A DNA stretch of 5,664 bases from contig CAZNIQ010000010.1 of the NCBI GenBank assembly GCA_964573185.1, positions 1 through 5,664 of the forward strand, read 5' to 3'. Positions 1 to 5,097 of the stretch are shown piece after piece. Within the stretch, counting starts at the first letter, position 1. Each line of letters opens with the position of its first letter. The DNA is from Candidatus Woesearchaeota archaeon (GTDB taxonomy: Archaea; Nanobdellota; Nanobdellia; Nanobdellales; CAZNIQ01). A model generated the notes under the pieces. It was given only the letters and a program-made list of their open reading frames with translations, made no database searches and was not told the origin of the DNA. Both the position numbers and the translations under genes were made by a program.

Positions 1-375
1 ACCCTGTATATTCTGAACTATTAAGGTATTTACATTTGCTTGATTAATATTTACTTGATCCATACTACCCTTAGCTTTGTTAAATTCAATATAGTTTGCT
101 TGTAAATAACTAACATTTGTAATGTTATAGTTATTTGCGTTAAGGTTTGAGGATAATTTTGAAACAAATAAGGAAGTAACTTTAAGAAAATCTACAGATA
201 AATTTTGAAAGGGAAAATACGTAATTATTTTACCATTTGCAAAATCAAATACGGGTTTCAATGTGTGATAATCTGTTATTATTTGGCTTATAGGTATCAT
301 TGGTAGGTTTTTGTTTAAAGAAAGAATGATACTGAGACCAAACAAGAATACACCAATAGCGATATATCTTTTCAT
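1..375 (-). CDS. Hypothetical signal-anchored/secreted protein; N-terminal 125 codons only, since the gene runs off the left edge. Absent from the supplied ORF track.
   Basis: ATG at 375-373 (cat on the + strand). I translated all 125 minus-strand codons down to position 1 and met no stop: MKRYIAIGVFLFGLSIILSLNKNLPMIPISQIITDYHTLKPVFDFANGKIITYFPFQNLSVDFLKVTSLFVSKLSSNLNANNYNITNVSYLQANYIEFNKAKGSMDQVNINQANVNTLIVQNIQG. Basic N-terminus (MKR) followed by about 17 hydrophobic residues, which suggests a signal peptide or anchor. Three N-x-S/T sequons (NLS, NIT, NVS). Asn-rich C-terminal part. No family recognised. Confidence 0.55.
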   Translation of the reverse strand, partial: MKRYIAIGVFLFGLSIILSLNKNLPMIPISQIITDYHTLKPVFDFANGKIITYFPFQNLSVDFLKVTSLFVSKLSSNLNANNYNITNVSYLQANYIEFNKAKGSMDQVNINQANVNTLIVQNIQG

Positions 376-398
376 AAAAGAACATTATAATTTGGAGG

Positions 399-406
399 GT
401 TTAAAT
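399..406 (-). promoter_or_regulatory. TATA-like box for the 375..1 gene; predicts a leaderless mRNA
   Basis: The minus strand reads ATTTAAAC at 406-399, which is -31..-24 relative to the A of the ATG at 375. That is the usual archaeal TATA-to-start spacing. No Shine-Dalgarno motif lies between it and the ATG. It abuts the candidate sRNA D box (409-406). Confidence 0.35.
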
Positions 407-456
407 CAGTTGCGGAAGTAATACATCATTAATCAGTCAGTGCCGGTTTCATCAAA
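403..456 (-). ncRNA. Candidate archaeal C/D box sRNA (2'-O-methylation guide), immediately 3' of tRNA-Val
   Basis: Minus strand read: box C UUGAUGA (455-449), 12-nt spacer AACCGGCACUGA (448-437), box D' CUGA (436-433), loop UUA (432-430), box C' AUGAUGU (429-423), 13-nt spacer AUUACUUCCGCAA (422-410), box D CUGA (409-406). It is 50 nt box to box. Box order and the 12/13-nt spacers match the canonical archaeal architecture. No terminal stem is evident. The D' assignment is ambiguous because CUGA is duplicated (440-433). Confidence 0.6.
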
Positions 457-528
457 TGGGGCCGCGGGGATTCGAACCCCGGACCTCCGCCTTGTAAGGG
501 CGGCGTCATGCCGCTAGACTACGGCCCC
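457..528 (-). tRNA. tRNA-Val (anticodon UAC), 72 nt, no intron, no encoded CCA
   Basis: Minus strand 528->457: GGGGCCG UA GUCU AGCGGCA UGAC G CCGCC CUUACAA GGCGG AGGUC CGGGG UUCGAAU CCCCG CGGCCCC A. It has a 7-bp all-Watson-Crick acceptor stem, a D arm with G18G19, and a 5-bp anticodon stem. The anticodon loop is CU-UAC-AA (U33, A37). The variable loop is 5 nt, the T arm carries a UUCGAAU loop, and the discriminator is A. The following bases are UUU, not CCA. 51 of 72 positions are G/C. Confidence 0.93.
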
Positions 529-568
529 AAGTAAAATTTATACTTCAACTAAGCTTAAAAATCTTATA
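529..568. promoter_or_regulatory. Bidirectional/interleaved core-promoter spacer for polB (+) and tRNA-Val (-)
   Basis: Only 40 bp separate tRNA position +1 (528) from the polB ATG (569). The + strand has AATTTATA at 535-542, which is -34..-27 from the polB ATG. The - strand has ATTTTTAA at 562-555, which is -34..-27 from tRNA G+1. No Shine-Dalgarno motif precedes the polB ATG. Confidence 0.4.
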
Positions 569-2998
569 ATGAAAGTCTTCGTACTTTCAATAGATTATGA
601 AAGAAAAGGTGATGAGTATCTCATAAGAATTTGGGGGAGAACTGAAGATGGCAAAAAGATTCTGATTTTAGATCATTATGACTGGTATATTTATATCATT
701 CCGAAAACTGATAAAAACAAAATTTATAATGAATTAAAAAAGATAAGATATTTTTATAGAATTGAAGAAGAAAGAAAAAAATATTTAGGGAAAGAATATG
801 ACGTGTTTAAATGTTATTTGAAACCAAAAGATTATGATGATGCAAAGAAGCTATTAGATCCTTTAAAGGAACAAGGATTAATTGAGAAAAAAGAAGTGGA
901 TATTAGTTATCATAGAAAATATATTGTAGATAAAAGATTGTATCCTTTGCATTTTTATAACTTCGAATTAGAACCTATTGGAAAATTATATGGTGTTGAT
1001 ACTTACAGACTAAAATCTTTTAAAGAGTCTAACGGTAAATATGAACTAAAAGTTTTGGCTTTTGATATTGAGGTTTTGACGAACAAAGCTTTTCCTGATC
1101 CCAAAAAAGATCCTGTAATCTCAATAGCTTTTTATTCTAAAGATTTTAAGAGAGTTATTACTTATAAAGAACCTGAAGAGAAAAAAGATTATTATGTTAT
1201 TGTTAAAAGCGAATACGAATTATTTAAGAAATTTGAGGAAACAATAAAAGAGTACGACCCAGATATTCTTGTAGGATATAATTCTAATAATTTTGATCTT
1301 TGGTATTTGTATGAAAGAGCAAAGGTTCTTAACTATAAATTTACTATCGGATGGGATAGGAAAGGATTCATTTATGCTAAAAAGGGGGAGGATAAGAAAT
1401 TTAGAATTACTGGAATACAGCATATAGATTTCTATGATTTCGTTGTTCATATCTTAGGAGGACAGTTACAAAGCACTACGTATTCTTTAGATGAAGTTGC
1501 TAAAGAACTTTTAGGAGAGGGAAAAATAGAAATATCATGGGAGGAACTTTACAAGATATGGACTTCTGGCAAAAACGTAGAAAAACTTTTAGAATATAAT
1601 TTAAAGGATGCAGAGTTAACATACAAGCTTTTTGAGAAATTCAAAACAATACTATTCGAATTAACAAGAATAGTAGGTCAGAATCTTGATGACGTAGCTC
1701 ATATGACTTATGGACAATTAGTAGAATGGTATTTGATTAGAAGATCTAGAGATTTCAATGAAATAGTACCTAATAGGCCTAAACAAGAGGAAGTACAAAG
1801 AAGAAAAGCTATCACTTATAAAGGTGCATACGTTTTTGAGCCAAAGCCGGGATTGTATACTAATGTTGTAGTCTACGATTTCAGATCTCTATATCCCTCT
1901 ATAATAATTTTGCATAATGTTTCTCCAGATACATTAAAATGTGAACATGAGGAATGCAAATCTAATGGTATTACTGTTGAAACTTCTATTGGAAAATGGT
2001 ATGTATGGTTCTGTACAAAGAGGATAGGTTTTATTCCCTCTGTTTTAAAAGAAATTTTTGAGGAAAGAGCGGAACTTAAAAGGAGATTGAAAACTTTGCC
2101 AAAAGACTCTGAAGAATATAGACTTTTAGATGCAAGGCAATATTCATTAAAGATACTTGCAAACGCAACTTATGGTTACATGGGCTTTCCTAACGCTAGA
2201 TGGTATTGCTTGGATTGTGCAGCGGCGATTACAGCTTGGGGAAGAAAATACATAAGTTTTGTTGCCGAAGAAGCTAAAAAGAGAGGATTTAAAATAATTT
2301 ATGGAGATACGGATAGTATTTTTATTCAAGTAAATAATAAAGAGGAAGCATTGAAATTTTTAGAATATATTAATTCAAAATTGAAAAAACCAATGGAATT
2401 AGAGCTGGAGGATTTTTACCCAAGAGGCATATTTGTTTCTAAGAGAACCGAACTTCTTGAAGGCGCAAAAAAGAAATATGCTCTAATAAATGAAAAAGGA
2501 GAAATAAAATTAAGAGGTTTTGAAACTGTTAGAAGAGATTGGGCAGAAATTGCAAAAGAAACACAGAGAAAAGTAATTGAGATTCTGTTGAAAGAAGGAG
2601 ATGTTGAGAAAGCTATCCGATATGTTCAAGAAGTTATAGATAATCTGAAGAAACATAAAGTTCCTGTAGAGAAATTGATTTTATATGAGCAATTAAGAAA
2701 ACCTTTGGAAGAATATAAAGTTGAAGCTCCACATGTAGTTGCTGCAAAGAAATTAAAGCAAAGAGGATTTCCAGTAGGGCAAGGAACTGTCGTTTCTTAT
2801 ATAATTTGTAAAGGAGGAGAGAGAATAAGAGATAAGGTAAGATTACCTGATGAGGTAAAACCGGAAGATTATGATCCAGAGTATTACATAGAGCACCAAG
2901 TTATTCCAGCAGTAGAAAAGATTTTTGAAGCTGTAGGTGTTCCTAAGGAAAGATTGTTATCTAAAGGGCAAAAAACTTTACTTTCCTTTTTCAAGTAA
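569..2998 (+). CDS. polB: Family B DNA polymerase (archaeal replicative PolB type), 809 aa, contiguous, no intein
   Basis: All signature motifs are present in order: Exo I FDIE (1061-1072), Exo II YNSNNFDLWYL (1277-1309), Exo III YNLKDAELTY (1595-1624). Pol motif A is DFRSLYPS (1877-1900), motif B is KILANATYG (2150-2176), and motif C is YGDTDS (2300-2317); KKKYA follows downstream. By eye the sequence is collinear with Thermococcales PolB, for example ARWYCLDCAAAITAWGRKY against Pfu ARWYCKECAESVTAWGRKY, and VRRDWAEIAKETQ against VRRDWSEIAKETQ. Confidence 0.96.
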   Translation: MKVFVLSIDYERKGDEYLIRIWGRTEDGKKILILDHYDWYIYIIPKTDKNKIYNELKKIRYFYRIEEERKKYLGKEYDVFKCYLKPKDYDDAKKLLDPLKEQGLIEKKEVDISYHRKYIVDKRLYPLHFYNFELEPIGKLYGVDTYRLKSFKESNGKYELKVLAFDIEVLTNKAFPDPKKDPVISIAFYSKDFKRVITYKEPEEKKDYYVIVKSEYELFKKFEETIKEYDPDILVGYNSNNFDLWYLYERAKVLNYKFTIGWDRKGFIYAKKGEDKKFRITGIQHIDFYDFVVHILGGQLQSTTYSLDEVAKELLGEGKIEISWEELYKIWTSGKNVEKLLEYNLKDAELTYKLFEKFKTILFELTRIVGQNLDDVAHMTYGQLVEWYLIRRSRDFNEIVPNRPKQEEVQRRKAITYKGAYVFEPKPGLYTNVVVYDFRSLYPSIIILHNVSPDTLKCEHEECKSNGITVETSIGKWYVWFCTKRIGFIPSVLKEIFEERAELKRRLKTLPKDSEEYRLLDARQYSLKILANATYGYMGFPNARWYCLDCAAAITAWGRKYISFVAEEAKKRGFKIIYGDTDSIFIQVNNKEEALKFLEYINSKLKKPMELELEDFYPRGIFVSKRTELLEGAKKKYALINEKGEIKLRGFETVRRDWAEIAKETQRKVIEILLKEGDVEKAIRYVQEVIDNLKKHKVPVEKLILYEQLRKPLEEYKVEAPHVVAAKKLKQRGFPVGQGTVVSYIICKGGERIRDKVRLPDEVKPEDYDPEYYIEHQVIPAVEKIFEAVGVPKERLLSKGQKTLLSFFK
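2970..2975 (-). terminator. Oligo-T (T6) candidate archaeal terminator for the ATPase operon, embedded in the polB 3' coding end
   Basis: After the ATPase stop codon the minus strand reads TAA-AG-TTTTTT-GCCCTTTAG. The T6 run begins 2 nt after the stop codon. T runs are common in this AT-rich sequence, so support is weak. Confidence 0.3.
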
Positions 2999-4759
2999 CT
3001 TGGCTAATTCCTCAGGAGCATTATAAAACATTTCAATATATTTTTCTATCTCTTTATAATTTCTTATATTGTTTTTAACTAAATATTCTATTACTTTTGC
3101 TCTAAAATTTAGATCCGCTATTAATTCTTCATCGGAATATCCTTTAAACTCTTTTATTTCTTCTAATATTTTAGATTTCAATGCTAGGAACTCATCTTTA
3201 GCGGGAACCCATCTAAAAGCTTCCCCATAAACTATATCATCCTTTGATCGATCATAACCGTAAATTTCTACAATTTGAGCTACTCTTCTAACGTAATAAT
3301 TTCCTATTTTTGTTCTAACTAAGAATACTATTGCATCAAGGTTCTCTAAAAGAACTTTAGGTAAATTGATTGGAGGAGAAATTAATCTATCTATGACAGC
3401 TTCTACTGAATCAGCATGAATAGTTCCTAGACCGGGATGTCCTGTAGCCATTGCTTGGAACAATACATAAGCTTCCTTTCCTCTCACTTCTCCAACTATT
3501 ATATAATCTGGTCTTTGTCTCAGGGCTGCTTTTAACAAATCTATCATTTCAACAGCACCGTAATTGTTTGACCCAAATCCGGGTCTTGCAACTAAAGGCA
3601 ACCAGTTTGGATGTGGGAGCTTTAATTCAGGAGTATCTTCTATAGAAACTATCTTCATTTCTGGTTTTATGAATAATGCTATAGAGTTTAGAAATGTAGT
3701 TTTTCCTGTAGCTGTTCCACCTGCAATCAAAATAGAATGTTGTGTTTCTATTAAAGCCCAAAGATACGCAAATATTTTTATATCAGCAGTTCCGAATTTA
3801 ATCAAATCTACAAATGTTAAAGGTTCCTTTGTGAACTTTCTTATAGTAAAATTAGAACCTCTCCTAGCAATATCCTTTCCATATGTTATCTGAACTCTAG
3901 AACCATCTGGTAATGTACCATCTAATAATGGTTGTGCAACGGAAATTACTCTTCCAGTTTTTTGAGCAAGCTTCATAACAAAAGAATCTAATTCTTCTTC
4001 AGTTTCGAATACAATATTTGTCTGAATCTCCCCTATAGCAGGATGTCTATGAAATACGAATATCGGAATTCCAACACCATCACAAGAGATATCTTCAATA
4101 AAAGGATCATGCATTAAGGGTTCTATTTTACCTAAACCGATAGTGTCTCTAAAAATATAATACTTTATCTCAACTTCCCTATCTTTAGGATATTTTACCT
4201 TTAAGAACTTCCAAATTTCATTAATTTTTTTGTCAATGTAATCATAAGCTTCTTTTATATTTTTAATAGCATTAAAATCTATATCTAATTTATCTTCAAG
4301 CATTTCAACGGTTTTTTCTATAATTTCCTTATCTTTCCCATTTATTGGTGGCTCGTGGACAAAGTAGATCAATCTTTTCTTTTCTGGAACATAATGAATA
4401 TCTGCATAAGCTAATACTTTTGTTTTGCCATTTATTTTAGCTATAATTAAAGGATAAATTAGCTTTATATTTGCAGGCTTTCGCTCTATATATGTAAAGG
4501 TTTTAATTTTCTCTACTTTTGTTTCTTTAAATATATAGGACAGTTCAATACCTTTTGCACTAGATTTCTTTGATACTTTTTCTTGCTGATCTATAGGGTA
4601 AGGATAGGAAGTAACGGGAACGAATACTGGTCTGGAGGGGTGAACATATTCTTCAATAATTTTAATTGTAGGAGCTTCAAACTCCTCATATTTCTTTCTA
4701 AGCATTTCCCTTTGTGCGAGAAATTTCACCGCTTTCCTAATGATTTTCCTCAAACTCAT
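2978..4759 (-). CDS. ArlI/FlaI-family archaeal type IV filament (archaellum/pilus) assembly ATPase; GspE/VirB11 secretion-ATPase superfamily; 593 aa
   Basis: Walker A is AGGTATGKTT (GGTATGKTT at 3695-3721). Walker B/Asp box is RPDYIIVGEVRG (DYIIVGE at 3488-3508). The His box is GHPGLGTIHA. Archaeal FlaI-type N-terminal motifs are present: YFVHEPP, IEDISCDG and NFTIRKF (FTIRKF at 3833-3850). The FlaI-like C-terminal helical tail is also present (...YSDEELIADLNFRAKVIEYLVKNNIRNYKEIEKYIEMFYNAPEEL). The ATG overlaps the upstream stop codon as ATGA (4756-4759). Confidence 0.9.
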   Translation of the reverse strand: MSLRKIIRKAVKFLAQREMLRKKYEEFEAPTIKIIEEYVHPSRPVFVPVTSYPYPIDQQEKVSKKSSAKGIELSYIFKETKVEKIKTFTYIERKPANIKLIYPLIIAKINGKTKVLAYADIHYVPEKKRLIYFVHEPPINGKDKEIIEKTVEMLEDKLDIDFNAIKNIKEAYDYIDKKINEIWKFLKVKYPKDREVEIKYYIFRDTIGLGKIEPLMHDPFIEDISCDGVGIPIFVFHRHPAIGEIQTNIVFETEEELDSFVMKLAQKTGRVISVAQPLLDGTLPDGSRVQITYGKDIARRGSNFTIRKFTKEPLTFVDLIKFGTADIKIFAYLWALIETQHSILIAGGTATGKTTFLNSIALFIKPEMKIVSIEDTPELKLPHPNWLPLVARPGFGSNNYGAVEMIDLLKAALRQRPDYIIVGEVRGKEAYVLFQAMATGHPGLGTIHADSVEAVIDRLISPPINLPKVLLENLDAIVFLVRTKIGNYYVRRVAQIVEIYGYDRSKDDIVYGEAFRWVPAKDEFLALKSKILEEIKEFKGYSDEELIADLNFRAKVIEYLVKNNIRNYKEIEKYIEMFYNAPEELAKLLEKGK

Positions 4760-5097
4760 ATTATAATTATTTTATTTCCTTCTCTTTTAATAGTTATCCT
4801 ATCTGAAACAGTAACCAAAACTTTTGCATTTAAAGGATAAACTTCTGAAAGAATTAAAGAATCGTTATAAAAAAGAAGTTTTTCTGGGAATGTTAACGTT
4901 ATTGAAACATTAGATAAATTTGCTATAGTGATTGCGTTTTGAATTACATAAAGATACATTATCTCTTTTTCTTTTGTGATGTTAGAAAGTACCTTTTGAT
5001 AGGAATTGTAGATTTGATAATAGAAGAAAAGAAAAAGAGATATAACGAAAAATGTGTGAAAAAGCTTTTCTATATATTCTGCTTGGCTACGAAACAC
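4756..5097 (-). CDS. Small pilin-like / ArlF-ArlG-like protein (113 aa) with a class III-signal-like N-terminus, one hydrophobic helix and a beta-rich ectodomain
   Basis: The GTG start at 5097 is immediately preceded by an in-frame TAA (5100-5098), so this is the only start that keeps the N-terminal helix; the next Met is residue 47. The N-terminus is MFRS-QAEYIEKLFHTFFVISLFLFFYY. There are four N-x-S/T sequons (NIT, NLS, NVS, NDS). The stop codon overlaps the ATPase ATG. The N-terminal motif is shared with the upstream gene. Confidence 0.6.
   Translation of the reverse strand: MFRSQAEYIEKLFHTFFVISLFLFFYYQIYNSYQKVLSNITKEKEIMYLYVIQNAITIANLSNVSITLTFPEKLLFYNDSLILSEVYPLNAKVLVTVSDRITIKREGNKIIII

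Noticed and set aside
394-413. GGAGGG (394-399, + strand), which looks like a Shine-Dalgarno sequence, followed by TTG at 411
   Set aside because: The downstream frame is only TTG CGG AAG TAA (3 codons). The motif lies on the strand opposite the real transcription units, between the predicted TATA box and the ATG of the 375..1 gene.
433-440. Tandem CUGACUGA, giving an alternative D' box at 440-437
   Set aside because: Using the first CUGA gives only an 8-nt C-D' spacer and a 7-nt D'-C' loop. The second CUGA gives the canonical 12-nt spacer. I kept the second assignment but flag the ambiguity.
551-569. Palindromes AAGCTT (551-556) and TTATAA (564-569) in the tRNA-polB spacer, considered as operator sites
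   Set aside because: They are only 6-bp palindromes, which occur by chance in AT-rich DNA. TTATAA is better explained as part of the A/T-rich promoter and start region.
775-781. A7 homopolymer in polB, considered as a possible slippery or frameshift site
   Set aside because: The reading frame is continuous through it (EEERKKYLG), and homology to PolB continues on both sides. Runs like this are expected at this base composition.
569-960. Possibly diverged uracil-sensing pocket in the PolB N-terminal domain (for example DISY where Pfu has DIPF, and DWY where Pfu has RPY)
   Set aside because: My by-eye alignment of this poorly conserved region is not reliable enough to call loss or retention of uracil recognition. 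A proper structural alignment is needed.
1220-1450. 76-aa minus-strand ORF inside polB; the 60-aa ORF at 2147-2329 (minus strand) is the same kind of call
   Set aside because: Both lie antisense to a strongly supported, motif-complete PolB gene. The translations are low-complexity and Ile/Phe/Lys/Asn-rich, as expected for shadow frames in AT-rich DNA. Neither has a start context or recognisable motifs.
835-2853. Other UGAUGA-like hexamers on the + strand inside polB (835-840, 1687-1692, 2848-2853), considered as possible additional C/D sRNAs
   Set aside because: None has a CUGA about 12 nt downstream; the following tetramers are ATTA, GACT and AGAT. None has a second C'/D set, and all lie in frame within conserved coding sequence.
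569-2998. Intein, split-gene or mobile insertion in polB
   Set aside because: The distances between motifs A, B and C are normal. There are no Cys/Ser-...-HN-Cys/Ser/Thr intein junction blocks or LAGLIDADG motifs, and the ORF length is ordinary for archaeal PolB.
3451-3893. 64-aa and 109-aa plus-strand ORFs (3451-3645, 3564-3893) antisense to the ATPase
   Set aside because: These are shadow ORFs opposite the most conserved part of the ATPase (Walker A and B region). They have no promoter space and no recognisable domain, and they overlap each other in different frames.
4583-4840. 85-aa plus-strand ORF spanning the ATPase/small-gene junction
   Set aside because: It runs antisense across two overlap-coupled genes, its composition is typical of a shadow frame, and nothing independent supports it.
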